64,000 nucleotides of DNA from a virus (lineage: Duplodnaviria > Caudoviricetes), in the IMG/VR virus record IMGVR_UViG_3300021426_000067, one strand, 5' to 3'. How positions within the stretch are numbered: position 1 is the first letter of the stretch; each line of letters begins with the position of its first letter. A program made the position numbers and the translations under genes. The notes beneath the pieces are model-generated. The model was not told the DNA's origin and searched no databases. It was given only the letters and a program-made list of their open reading frames with translations. Shown here in pieces: positions 1 through 10,259 of the stretch.

Positions 1-589
1 GCTTTTGAAAATATTGTGTCCAGATTAATTTACTTAAAATAACTGGTTTATGTAAAGTTGATTTTAAATTTTCTAAAACTTTAACATCTGACAAATCAGT
101 TTCATTAATAAATAATTTATAAAAATTTATTTTTTCTTTTTTTTCTTGCTCGCGGAGACGAGCTTCAACACCCGCGCTTAAAGAAGATCTTATTTTATCT
201 ATTTCCGCCTGTATTTCCATTTTCTATTTTTTTGCTGATTCTCTAATATTATTTAAATCAGTATGAATCTGAGTTATTTCAGCATATGCCGCATTATTAG
301 CTTGTTGTATTTTAATATCAAAAATTTCTTTTCTTGCGGCTAAATCTTCATCAATTCTATTTTTCTATTTTTCAAATTGCTATTCAATAGATTTAATTTG
401 TTCTTGTTTAGATGTAATTGTTGCTGATAAGTTTAAATTTTGGTTAGCTAATTGATTTGTCTATTCAGCTAATTTCTAATTATATTGCTATTGCTATTCA
501 TTTTTTTGTAGTATTGTTCGTTGTCCTTTAAAAAAAAGGAAACAACCAATAATAAATAAAATAACACTAAGAAAATTTACTACTATCAT
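1..589 (-). CDS. Membrane-anchored coiled-coil protein, partial (runs off the window start), TAG-recoded
   Basis: ATG at 589 with GGAG RBS; hydrophobic N-terminus (MIVVNFLSVILFIIGCFLFF) then coiled coil; frame is open only if several in-frame TAGs are read through. Confidence 0.7.
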
Positions 590-608
590 ATTTTCTCCAT
601 ATAAAAAC

Positions 609-637
609 AAGGGTTAGAAATAAAATTCTAACCCTTA
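609..637 (-). terminator. Intrinsic terminator
   Basis: Inverted repeat aagggttagaa/ttctaaccctt followed by a T-run on the minus strand. Confidence 0.6.
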
Positions 638-661
638 TCAAGTCTTAACAATGAAAGGAAA

Positions 662-946
662 TTAGTCCTCAGCTTCTGGATCAAATTCACGACCTTCATC
701 AGTTAACTGGATGAATTTAACAGGTTTATGAAGTCCAGTTTCAGGGTCAACGATTTCTGCGGGGACACGAACCATTAGAGGAATCTCTTCTTTAGCCGCA
801 TTTTTATGACGCTGAAAAGCTGAAGTAATAATTCCATTTACAGAACGAACTTTCATACCAAGAGCATCTGCAATATCCTGTGCTGTAAAATCTTCTCCAT
901 CATGTTCTTTTACAAAACTTAATACTTTCTTACTATTATCATTCAT
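662..946 (-). CDS. Winged-helix/HTH DNA-binding protein
   Basis: FTAQDIADALGMKVRSVNG HTH-like segment; AAGGAG RBS; TAA stop. Confidence 0.65.
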   Translation of the reverse strand: MNDNSKKVLSFVKEHDGEDFTAQDIADALGMKVRSVNGIITSAFQRHKNAAKEEIPLMVRVPAEIVDPETGLHKPVKFIQLTDEGREFDPEAED

Positions 947-1168
947 AATTATTTACTCCTTTGTATAATTTTTATTATTTGTTTATATTTTCCTAAAGAT
1001 GAATTTATATTTATCATCTGTATTCTTATTATATGAAAAATTTTTCATAAAGTCAAGAAAAATTCCAGATAAATGAAATATATTTTTACATTTTTGTTTT
1101 ATTGTTTGAATAACAACTTTCTCTTAACTATTCATCTTATTTACAATTCTATTATATAAAAAATTTTT

Positions 1169-3127
1169 TCAGTTTTCAAGGTAATGCTTTATGAAGTCTG
1201 CTTCTGATAGGATTGGTATACCTCGTTGTTTAGCTGCATTATTCTTAGCTGAATTACTATTTACATCATTGTTAATAAGTAAATCAGTTTTTCCTGTAAT
1301 AGAACTTCCAACTTTTCCGCCAGCTTTTTCAATAATAGATTTTAATTTGTCTCTATTTTTAAAATTTGTAAGTTTTCCAGTAATAACAATAATTTTTCCT
1401 TGTAAATTACTATTTATTAAAGTGTTGTTTACAACAGGGGTTTCAATAATTAAAATTTTAGAAATTCTATCAGCTTCAGAATAATCAAAAGTTTTTAAGA
1501 AATTATCCATTTCTATGCCGAAATTAGGTAAGTCATAAAAATGATATTCCTTATCTTTTACAGCATTACGGAAATCTTCATAAGTTTTAAATTCTTTAGC
1601 TAAATCTGCTGCAACTGTTTTTCCGATAAAAGGAATACCGATAGCAGAAATAAACGCATTAAGAGTTGTATGTTTATGTTCTTCTATTGATGCAAGAATT
1701 TTGTCAACAGATTTAGTACCAAAGCCACTTTTATTAATCCATTCATTTCTATGGGCGGCAAGGGTAAAAACATCTTCTATATTATTTACCCAGCCCCAAT
1801 CAATAAGTTTTTCAAAAGTTGCTTTTGAAAGTCCTTTTATATCAAGTCCTTTCTTTCCGCAAAAATGGTCAAGTCTATTGATTAACTTACCTCCGCATTG
1901 AGGATTAGTACAATATAAAACCTCACTATCAATATCTTTTCTTATTTCTGTTGGCTGACCGCAATATGGGCAAATCTTGGGGATTTCAATCATTGGAATA
2001 TTGTTAGGATTATCTTCCTGTGCGCTTTCAACCTGTGGAATAATTTGATTAGCTTTATAAATAAAAACTTTCTGACCAGGATAAGCGCCACCCATAAGCT
2101 GTACCATAACGCTAATATTATGTAAACTTGCTCTATTACAGATTGCTCCATCAATTTCAATATCTTTATAAATTAAAACAGGAGTAAGCTGTCCAGTTCT
2201 TCCCATAGTCCATTCAATATCTTTGACTTCTGTTTCATAAGATTCATCATAGAATTTATATGCCAAACCGCCCTTGAAGTGGTGGTCTGTGCGGCCTGCC
2301 GCCTCATAATCTTTAACATTATCATATTTAAATACAACTCCGTCAATAGGGTAGCCTTTCTCTTTTGCTCTATCTTTAATATAAGTTATTGGTATATTAA
2401 GAGAATTAGCTTCTTTAATTTCTTCATCTATAATATAAGGTACTATATTAAAGCCAAGAATTTGTAACCCTATTAATTTAACGAATAATGAAGCCGCCTC
2501 TTCTTCTGCTTCTATTATATCCCAAGCCACAAAAGTTAATTTTCTTTTTTTACATTCTTTTGAATCTAATAATCTTATACTTCCACTTGCAAAATTACGA
2601 GGATTTTTATAATCTTTTTTAAATGATTCAAAATCTTCATAAGTACAAATAATTTCTCCATCAATGATTAATTCTTTTTTATATTTGATTTCATTAGGGA
2701 TAGATGAAATTACTAAAGCATTATGAGTAACATCTTCCCCTTCTATACCGTTTCCTCTTGTTTCTGCGGAAACCAGTTTTCCATCAACATAGCGTAATGA
2801 ACAAGTTAAACCATCCATTTTTGCCATAGCAATCCATTCATGTCCTTTTATAAAAGATTCTACTTCTTTTATATTTTTTGTTTTATTAAGGGAAAGCATT
2901 GGATGATTATGTTTAACTTTTTTTAATTCAGAAACTTTTTTAAAATGGATTTTATGAGTAGGAGAATTTTTAAAAAAGAAATCACATTCTTCTTCCAAAG
3001 TTTTTAATTCAAAATAAAGATTATCCCATTCTTCATCTGTCATTGTGGGAGTTCCTTTATCATATTCCTCTGTTGCTTTATTTAATAAAATTGTTAATTC
3101 TTTAATTCTTAAAATTCGTTTATCCAT
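1169..3127 (-). CDS. ligA: NAD-dependent DNA ligase
   Basis: HPMLSL, KMDG adenylation motif, ETRGNGxxGEDVT, NPRNFASGS, CPYC..C..C zinc finger, C-terminal BRCT domain. Confidence 0.95.
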   Translation of the reverse strand: MDKRILRIKELTILLNKATEEYDKGTPTMTDEEWDNLYFELKTLEEECDFFFKNSPTHKIHFKKVSELKKVKHNHPMLSLNKTKNIKEVESFIKGHEWIAMAKMDGLTCSLRYVDGKLVSAETRGNGIEGEDVTHNALVISSIPNEIKYKKELIIDGEIICTYEDFESFKKDYKNPRNFASGSIRLLDSKECKKRKLTFVAWDIIEAEEEAASLFVKLIGLQILGFNIVPYIIDEEIKEANSLNIPITYIKDRAKEKGYPIDGVVFKYDNVKDYEAAGRTDHHFKGGLAYKFYDESYETEVKDIEWTMGRTGQLTPVLIYKDIEIDGAICNRASLHNISVMVQLMGGAYPGQKVFIYKANQIIPQVESAQEDNPNNIPMIEIPKICPYCGQPTEIRKDIDSEVLYCTNPQCGGKLINRLDHFCGKKGLDIKGLSKATFEKLIDWGWVNNIEDVFTLAAHRNEWINKSGFGTKSVDKILASIEEHKHTTLNAFISAIGIPFIGKTVAADLAKEFKTYEDFRNAVKDKEYHFYDLPNFGIEMDNFLKTFDYSEADRISKILIIETPVVNNTLINSNLQGKIIVITGKLTNFKNRDKLKSIIEKAGGKVGSSITGKTDLLINNDVNSNSAKNNAAKQRGIPILSEADFIKHYLEN

Positions 3128-3203
3128 TATTTTCTCCTTTTTTTATATAAAAATATTATAACATATTTTTTATAAAAAATCAAAAAAGAGGGGCGACCCC
3201 TCT

Positions 3204-5549
3204 TTAAAATTTTACAACAGAGGAAATATTAGATTTTATCATAATATTTCCATAACTGGTTCTGGTTAATAAAGGTAAATCTGATGCGGTAATACATATA
3301 GAATTAGGCTGGCCTGTAAGAAGAACTGTATCAGAGTTAGATACGACAAAGGCTCCCGCAATATTTCCATAAACTACGCTTGGTTTATAAATTACAAGAC
3401 CTTTTCCGCCACGTCCTTGTACATTAAATTCTTTAACAGAAGTCTTTTTACCATATCCTTTTGTTGAAAATATAGCAATCTGATCTTTATCAGAAGAGAT
3501 AGGGAGTCCAACAACAACCTCGTCATCTTCATCTAATTTAATAGTTTTTACTCCTGCCGCAACTCTGCCAATAGGATTGACATTTTTACTTTCAAAATGA
3601 ATTGACATTCCATTCTTAGTAATAACTAAAATATTTTCTTCATTGATAAATTCTACATTTGCAATAGAATCACCTTCATTAATTTTAATTGCCGCAATTC
3701 CCGTACTTCTTTTTACTTTTGTATATTCTTCAAGATAGGTTTTTTTCATTAAACCTTTTTTAGTAAAGAATACAACATATTTAGCAGTATTGCTTCTGGC
3801 AAGAGAGGTGATAGCAATAACTTCATCATTTTCATCCATATGAATTAATGTACCCACATGAGTTCCTTTTGAAGCATTTGTTCCAACCGGCACTTCATCT
3901 ACGATAATTTTATACATCTTACCTTTTTTAGTAAAAAGAAGAAGATTATCAATAGTATTAGTAGAAATGGTAGACATTACTACATCATCTTTTGTTTTTA
4001 TGCCTTTCCCATTTTTGCGCTGTACCTTAAAAGATTTTGTAGGTACACGTTTAATATCACCAGATTGAGACAATATAACAACGCAATCTTCTGGAACAAC
4101 TTCTTCAATTTTTTTCTCTTCAGGTTTGATGTCAATATGAGTTAATTCAGTGCGGCGAGCATCTCCATATTTGTTAACCAGTCCTTGAAGCCGTACTTTA
4201 AGAATTCCGATTTGCTCATCTCGACTATCTAAAATCTGATTAAGCATAAAAATTTTATCTTTTAAATCTTCGGCTTCTTTTTCTAATTCAACTTTTTCAA
4301 GTTTTGCAAGAGAAGAAAGTCTCATAGCTAAAATTGCTTTAGCTTGATTTTCTGTGAACTGATATTTTTTAATTAATGCTTCTTTTGCGGCAGCCGCACT
4401 TTCAGAACTTTTAATCAGCGCTATAATGTTGTCAATATCTTCGAGTGCCCGCAGTAAACCATTAACAATTTCAAGTCTATCAATAGCTTTGTTTAAATCA
4501 AATTGAATTTCTCTTACAATACAATTAATATTAAAATCAACATAAACTTTGATACAATCTTTAAGATTTAGTTCAGTTGGTACTTTATCAATAAGAGCAA
4601 CTTGATTATAACTAAATGAACTTTGAAGATTTGTTTTTGAAAATAACTTATTTACGATACTGATGGGATTAATTTTTTTATCACATTCAATAACAATTCT
4701 AATACCTTTTTTATTAGATTCGTCACGAATATTCTCAATTCCTTCAATTTCTTTTGAATCAGCAACTTCGCCAATTTCTGCCATTAATCCTTCAACAGTA
4801 GTTCCATAAGGAATCTCAGTAAAGATAATTTTTCGTTTATCAATTTCATACTTACCGCGGACTTTTACACTTCCATGGCCAGTTCTCATAATAGTTGGAA
4901 TATCTTTTGAATTAATAATAATTCCACCCGTAGGAAAATCTGGTCCAGGAAGCATCGGTTCTTCTCCCGCTAAATATTGATTAATTGCGGCAGCTACTTC
5001 ATTTAAATTATGGGGTGCCCATGAGCAAGCCATAGCCACACCAATTCCGCTGTTAGGATTACAAAGTAAATTTGGGAAGATGCTTGGTAATGAAATTGGT
5101 TCTTCTGTTGTTTCATCATAGTTTGGAAGGAAATCAACATTATTTTTCTTTATACCTTGAAGTAATCCATCTTCAGCAAGTTTACTCAATCGACATTCAG
5201 TATAACGCATGTGAGCAGGTCCATCGCCAATAATATTACCATTATTCCCATGAAAATCAATTAATGGATAACGCATAATCCAATTTTGTGATAACCGCAC
5301 TAACGCGCCATAGATAGATGAATCTCCATGTGGATGATATGTACCCATAATATCACCCACAAGTTTAGCTGCTTTTACATGAGGTTTTTTTGATACACAT
5401 TTAGTTTTATCTTCAGCTCCCCATAAAATGCGTTTAGCAACTGGTTTAAGACCATCTTTAGCATTAGGTATAGCACGGTCAGTATTCACGGCAACCGCAT
5501 ATTCTATAAAATTTGTTCCTAATTCTTTTGTTAAATCATTCTGCATCAT
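3204..5549 (-). CDS. gyrA: Type IIA topoisomerase / DNA gyrase subunit A
   Basis: DGLKPV, YHPHGDSSIY, AHMRYTE active-site Tyr, GPDFPTGG, beta-pinwheel CTD with QRKNGKG and QGRGGKG. Confidence 0.9.
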   Translation of the reverse strand: MMQNDLTKELGTNFIEYAVAVNTDRAIPNAKDGLKPVAKRILWGAEDKTKCVSKKPHVKAAKLVGDIMGTYHPHGDSSIYGALVRLSQNWIMRYPLIDFHGNNGNIIGDGPAHMRYTECRLSKLAEDGLLQGIKKNNVDFLPNYDETTEEPISLPSIFPNLLCNPNSGIGVAMACSWAPHNLNEVAAAINQYLAGEEPMLPGPDFPTGGIIINSKDIPTIMRTGHGSVKVRGKYEIDKRKIIFTEIPYGTTVEGLMAEIGEVADSKEIEGIENIRDESNKKGIRIVIECDKKINPISIVNKLFSKTNLQSSFSYNQVALIDKVPTELNLKDCIKVYVDFNINCIVREIQFDLNKAIDRLEIVNGLLRALEDIDNIIALIKSSESAAAAKEALIKKYQFTENQAKAILAMRLSSLAKLEKVELEKEAEDLKDKIFMLNQILDSRDEQIGILKVRLQGLVNKYGDARRTELTHIDIKPEEKKIEEVVPEDCVVILSQSGDIKRVPTKSFKVQRKNGKGIKTKDDVVMSTISTNTIDNLLLFTKKGKMYKIIVDEVPVGTNASKGTHVGTLIHMDENDEVIAITSLARSNTAKYVVFFTKKGLMKKTYLEEYTKVKRSTGIAAIKINEGDSIANVEFINEENILVITKNGMSIHFESKNVNPIGRVAAGVKTIKLDEDDEVVVGLPISSDKDQIAIFSTKGYGKKTSVKEFNVQGRGGKGLVIYKPSVVYGNIAGAFVVSNSDTVLLTGQPNSICITASDLPLLTRTSYGNIMIKSNISSVVKF

Positions 5550-5790
5550 TTATAACCTCATAATTTACTTCTAAAGGAGCACCCCAATCTTCTATCCTAT
5601 AATCATCTATAATTAAATCTAAATCGCATAAAAGATCTTCTTCATCAAGAAATTTCATAGAATTTTCTTTTAATCTTTGAAGTTCCTCTTCTGTTAATTC
5701 TAAAATACCTTCTTTATGTCCATAACGTAAATACCCAAAAACATAATCTAATGGAATATTAAATTTTACTTTTATTGTTTTATTCTGCAT
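5536..5790 (-). CDS. Hypothetical acidic protein between gyrB and gyrA
   Basis: Small ORF overlapping both neighbours by a few bases (translational coupling); ATG at 5790. Confidence 0.6.
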   Translation of the reverse strand: MQNKTIKVKFNIPLDYVFGYLRYGHKEGILELTEEELQRLKENSMKFLDEEDLLCDLDLIIDDYRIEDWGAPLEVNYEVINDAE

Positions 5791-7696
5791 TATATGTAGC
5801 CTCCGCACTATGTTCTTTAATATATCTTTTTCTTGGCATAACTAAATTACCCATTAAATCATTAAAAAGTTTATTAGCCGCTGTAACATCTTCAACAGTA
5901 ATTTGTTTAATAATTCTGTTATTTGGATCTGTAAGAGTTTCTTCAATCTCTTCAACGTCCATTTCACCAAGACCTTTCATACGACCAATCTGACTTGTTT
6001 TTCCCCTATTTTCTTTTTGAAACTCAGCTAATGCTTCATCATTTTTAAGATATTTATAGCCTTTATTTGCAGCAAGAGTAACTTTATAAAGAGGGGGAAC
6101 GCCTGCATAAACATATCCATCTTTAACTAAATCTGGACAAAAGTTCCATATAAACGTATAGAAAAGATTTTTAATATGTGCTCCGTCAACATCTGCATCT
6201 GACATAATAATTATCTTACCATATCGGACTTGATGATAATTTACTTTTAAAGTTTTAGGATCAATAGACCAGTCTCCAGGTCCAAAGAAAGCATCACACA
6301 TTGTCATAATTTCTGCATTTTTTTGAATTTGTGCAAAAGTAGCTTTCTGTGTATTAAGGATTTTACCACGAACAGGAATAACTGCCTGAAATTCATTATC
6401 ACGAGCAAGTTTTAACATACCTGCCGCACTATCTCCCTCAACGACATAAACTTCACATTTATCTCTTCTTTCAGAATAACAATCCGCAAGTTTAGTGTCA
6501 AATTTAAGTGCTTTTTGTTTCTTTTTATTCTGTTCTCTTGCTTTATCTCTTGCTTTCTTCGCGGCGTCTCGTGCTTTACGTGCGGCAGCCGCCTTCTCAA
6601 AAATTAATTTTACTTCTTTTTCATTATTATTAAACCAAATATTTAAATTTGTGCTTAATGCAGAAGTAAAAGGAGTCATATCAATTTTTGTAACTCTGCT
6701 TTTGACCTGGGCATCATATCCTACATTTGGGGCTGTAATATTAAATACTACATACATTCCCTCTTGAATATCATCACCAGTTAAATTTGCATCTTTTTCT
6801 TTTAACCATTTTTTCTCTTTAAAGAATTTATTAAATTCCCTTGTAATAACAGTTTTAATCTGAGTGATATGTGGTCCAGATTCAGTCAAGCCTGTATTGA
6901 CATAGGGAACAATAGTAGAAGAATAATTGCTTGTATATGTGAAAGCCATATCAAGTTTATTTTTACCTTCTGAAAAATTCATTGAAAAACGATTATCAAG
7001 AAGTTCTGCATTTTTATTTACAACATTATTTATTAAGTCATGGATACCATTTACAGAAACAAAAATGATTGGTGCTTCATTATTATATTGTAAATTGATA
7101 GTTAATCCAGGGCATAAACTTACAATAGTTTGAAATAAATCTTTAATTTTATTTATTTCGACTTCTGTATGTGTAAAAAATTCTCCTGAAGGTTTCCATT
7201 CAACAAGAGTACCAGAAACACCTCCCGCACCAGTTGTTCTATTAGAAAAAACACCTTCTTCAAAATATACTTCTTCCCATTGTGAATCTCTCATTGTTTT
7301 AACTCTTAACCAATGAGAAAGAAAAGTAGTAATTTTAGAACCAATACCAAAAGAACCTAATGAAGTTCCTTCATAAGTTCCATCTTCTCGATATTTACCT
7401 GATGTATTTAATACACTGAAAGCTGCTTCAAGAATAGTTTTTCCATCTTCTCTAAATGAATTTGGAATAAAACCTTGTCCATAATCTCGGACTGCAACCA
7501 TATCTCCAATTATTGTTACATCAATTTTATTTCCATGTCCAAGTCGATATTCATCAACTGCATTAGAAATAATTTCAACTAACAACTGAGTTGAATATGT
7601 ACAATCACCGGCATATACTTGAGGACGAAGTCTTGTAAATTCAAGAGGACTTAAACTTTCAATACTCTCTTCTGTATATAAATGTTTATCGTTCAT
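5780..7696 (-). CDS. gyrB: Type IIA topoisomerase / DNA gyrase subunit B
   Basis: EIISNAVDE and DYGQG (GHKL ATPase), VEGDSA, PVRGKILN, IMSDADVDGAHI (TOPRIM), KGLGEM. Confidence 0.92.
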   Translation of the reverse strand: MNDKHLYTEESIESLSPLEFTRLRPQVYAGDCTYSTQLLVEIISNAVDEYRLGHGNKIDVTIIGDMVAVRDYGQGFIPNSFREDGKTILEAAFSVLNTSGKYREDGTYEGTSLGSFGIGSKITTFLSHWLRVKTMRDSQWEEVYFEEGVFSNRTTGAGGVSGTLVEWKPSGEFFTHTEVEINKIKDLFQTIVSLCPGLTINLQYNNEAPIIFVSVNGIHDLINNVVNKNAELLDNRFSMNFSEGKNKLDMAFTYTSNYSSTIVPYVNTGLTESGPHITQIKTVITREFNKFFKEKKWLKEKDANLTGDDIQEGMYVVFNITAPNVGYDAQVKSRVTKIDMTPFTSALSTNLNIWFNNNEKEVKLIFEKAAAARKARDAAKKARDKAREQNKKKQKALKFDTKLADCYSERRDKCEVYVVEGDSAAGMLKLARDNEFQAVIPVRGKILNTQKATFAQIQKNAEIMTMCDAFFGPGDWSIDPKTLKVNYHQVRYGKIIIMSDADVDGAHIKNLFYTFIWNFCPDLVKDGYVYAGVPPLYKVTLAANKGYKYLKNDEALAEFQKENRGKTSQIGRMKGLGEMDVEEIEETLTDPNNRIIKQITVEDVTAANKLFNDLMGNLVMPRKRYIKEHSAEATYNAE

Positions 7697-7764
7697 ATTT
7701 TTTACCTTTCATTTTTTATTATATAATAATATTATAACAAATTTTTTTAATTTTAGCAAATTTT

Positions 7765-8268
7765 TTACGAGAGCTTAATCTGAATATGGTTCTTTAATAT
7801 AAGATTTGAAAATTTTTGCTTGTCTGCCGCGGCAAGAGCATCAGCCAATTCATTCCCTATAATTCCTTTATGTCCTTCAACTTTGACAATATAAATTTGA
7901 TTAATGAAAAATTTTATATTATAATATTCATATAGGGATAATATAATATCCAGATTTTTTACAGTTTTGTTTTTACTATTCTTCCAGTCATTTTGACTCC
8001 AAGAATAAATCCAAGAAGTGAGGATATTTATACAATATGCAGAATCAGAATAAATTGTAGCTTGTTCATTTTTATATTTAGAATTTAATAATTCAAATGT
8101 TTTTAGAAATGCTTTTAATTCCATTTGATTATTTGTTACATTATCAAATTGTTCAGAATAAGCATCAATTAAATTGCGGTTTTCATCAAATATTATTATA
8201 CCATAGCCGCCCTTTGAATTATTTTTACCATTCCCGCGACAAGAACCATCTATATAAATATATAACAT
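7765..8268 (-). CDS. rnhA: Ribonuclease HI
   Basis: YIDGSC, TNNQMEL, YSDSAY, KVEGH, GNELADALA. Confidence 0.92.
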   Translation of the reverse strand: MLYIYIDGSCRGNGKNNSKGGYGIIIFDENRNLIDAYSEQFDNVTNNQMELKAFLKTFELLNSKYKNEQATIYSDSAYCINILTSWIYSWSQNDWKNSKNKTVKNLDIILSLYEYYNIKFFINQIYIVKVEGHKGIIGNELADALAAADKQKFSNLILKNHIQIKLS

Positions 8269-8341
8269 ATTATAATCTCCTTGATATTTTTATAGTATAT
8301 TATATAATAAAATCTTATTTTTGTCAAATAGAGACAAAAAA

Positions 8342-8378
8342 ATAGGTATTTTAATAGCTTTAGCTATTAAAATACCTA
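8342..8378. terminator. Hairpin terminator downstream of holin
   Basis: Inverted repeat ataggtattttaatagct/agctattaaaatacctat. Confidence 0.6.
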
Positions 8379-8390
8379 TACAGTTTGTTT

Positions 8391-8657
8391 TTATTTTTTA
8401 GGCTTTTGATATGTCATAGCCTGGGCACTATCAGTAACTCCTGCTGTTGTAGGGTCATTAAGTGCGTTCCATACTGATACAGCAATTAAACCAAGCACAT
8501 AGGGATTACTTAAAGCTCCCATTAAAAGGTTGCCAAGTGCTCCCCAAGTTGTAAGATCTTGAAGAGTTAATCCCGCATATGCGAGAATTGGAGTTAAGAT
8601 AGCAAGGATAAGTTGAACAATAAAAACAGGATTTCTAAATCTGACTTTTAGATTCAT
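8391..8657 (-). CDS. Holin, phi-LC3 family
   Basis: MNLKVRFRNP start, two TM segments, NDPTTAGVTDSAQA motif; GGAGG RBS. Confidence 0.88.
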   Translation of the reverse strand: MNLKVRFRNPVFIVQLILAILTPILAYAGLTLQDLTTWGALGNLLMGALSNPYVLGLIAVSVWNALNDPTTAGVTDSAQAMTYQKPKK

Positions 8658-8742
8658 ATATATACCTCCATTCAACAATAAAAAAACATTCCTTAGAGAT
8701 TTGATTCTCTAAGGAATATAAAAAATAGAAGTATATAATTAT

Positions 8743-9237
8743 TCATTTTTGTCCAAAATCCACCATCATCCGCAGTCCTTCTTTACTATTGTATTTAAAG
8801 ATGTTATCAAAGCCTTCTTTAAAAGAAGGTTCAACAAGCTGAGTAAACATACGGCGAATAGTGCCTCTGGGGACATATGCGCGAGTTCCTTTGCGTTTTT
8901 CATTTCTCTCTAAACAAGTTTCAAGATCTTCATCAATAAGAACAATATTGAGTTTAGCATATCCTGTAACGTGTTGAATGAACCATTTTCTGGATCTTGG
9001 AGTAAGAGATGTCTGATCTGCTACAACATGATTTCCTTTAGCAAGATTATCATTAATCTGTTTCCAAAATTCTTTAGTAACTTCATCTTCCCGTGAAAAA
9101 TAATCCTCATCAGGTGATACTAAAGAAAAACGAATTTTATCACGAGAAATTACTGAAACAGCTTGATTAAAATTTTCTTCAATAAAAGTTGATTTTCCTG
9201 CGCCAGGACAACCACACATTAAGTATAAGTTAGCCAT
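8743..9237 (-). CDS. P-loop kinase (AAA_33 / polynucleotide kinase-like)
   Basis: GCPGAGKST Walker A, ISRDKIR, CLERNEKR, EGFD. Confidence 0.85.
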   Translation of the reverse strand: MANLYLMCGCPGAGKSTFIEENFNQAVSVISRDKIRFSLVSPDEDYFSREDEVTKEFWKQINDNLAKGNHVVADQTSLTPRSRKWFIQHVTGYAKLNIVLIDEDLETCLERNEKRKGTRAYVPRGTIRRMFTQLVEPSFKEGFDNIFKYNSKEGLRMMVDFGQK

Positions 9238-9505
9238 TATAATTTTCCTTTCTAAGAGTTTTTAAAGGTTTTATTCTATTGCCATCTTTATCAAAATTAT
9301 GATGCTCCATTTCATATTTAAAATCTTCATAAGTATAATTTGAATAAGGCTTTACTTCAGCGTGATTCCAAAGTTTCCCACAATATACACAATAAAGTTT
9401 TTTTAAATGTCCATCCTCGCGGGAATGGGATTTTTTTCTACAGATTGGTAATCCCTCTTTTCCGCAGTTACAGCAATACATTTTTGAAATTGTAAAATTA
9501 CTCAT
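9230..9505 (-). CDS. Zinc-ribbon protein
   Basis: CCNCG...GHLKKLYCVYC. Confidence 0.7.
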   Translation of the reverse strand: MSNFTISKMYCCNCGKEGLPICRKKSHSREDGHLKKLYCVYCGKLWNHAEVKPYSNYTYEDFKYEMEHHNFDKDGNRIKPLKTLRKENYNG

Positions 9506-9731
9506 TAGATGTATTCATTACCTCCTTTAAGAAATAAAGAGATTTAGCAAAATCTTTTATATCGTCTAAAATAAATTCATCCTCAATATAGAATACATCT
9601 CTATGATATTTGTCATAATACCAACCTTGGAAATTTATGATAAATTGTCCAAACCGCCAGTCAGGAAAATAGGTTCTATGAATTTCTTTTAATGTTTCAT
9701 AAAAAGTATCTAATCTATTAGGGTCTCTCAT
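9498..9731 (-). CDS. Conserved phage hypothetical protein
   Basis: MRDPNR...PDWRFGQ...FYIED pattern; RBS and upstream promoter. Confidence 0.7.
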   Translation of the reverse strand: MRDPNRLDTFYETLKEIHRTYFPDWRFGQFIINFQGWYYDKYHRDVFYIEDEFILDDIKDFAKSLYFLKEVMNTSNE

Positions 9732-9946
9732 AATATCACTCTCCTTTTGTTTTTTAACTTTTAAATATTTTTATTTCTCATTTCTATAAAAATTATAACA
9801 AAATTTTTATAAAATATCAAAAAATTCTTTGTGGTCAAGATATAATAATTAAAATAAATAAATTTTTAATATAAGTATGGAAAGAAAATTTTTAAATGAA
9901 ACTATTGAGGTTTCTTATTGTTTTTATAAAATGGAGGAAAAATATT

Positions 9947-10228
9947 ATGTTAAATGGAAGAGTAGGGCAAGTAGTTGGCCCATTTGAAGCAGGAGTAGAT
10001 TTATTAGATAGTGATGCTCCTATTGGTGCGTATACACCTGAAACTTCAAGACCTATTATTTATAAATTAGGTATTCAGGCGGCAGAGGGTACTGAAGTAA
10101 AAATTAATAAAGCAACCATTAAAATTGGTAAAACAGGCATTTATGAATTGGATAATGTTGTTGATGTATATCGTTTAATTTTCCCGAATGGAGCAGATTC
10201 AGATACTCTTGTTGATTTTGTATATTAA
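9947..10228 (+). CDS. Small virion-associated protein (paralog of 39200-39562 and of the C-terminus of 43648-44337)
   Basis: GGAGG RBS before ATG 9947; GQVVGPFEAG...KLGIQ...IGKTGIYELD...VDFVY. Confidence 0.75.
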   Translation: MLNGRVGQVVGPFEAGVDLLDSDAPIGAYTPETSRPIIYKLGIQAAEGTEVKINKATIKIGKTGIYELDNVVDVYRLIFPNGADSDTLVDFVY

Positions 10229-10259
10229 TTAACAAAAATCGTAAAGGAGATAAAAGGAT

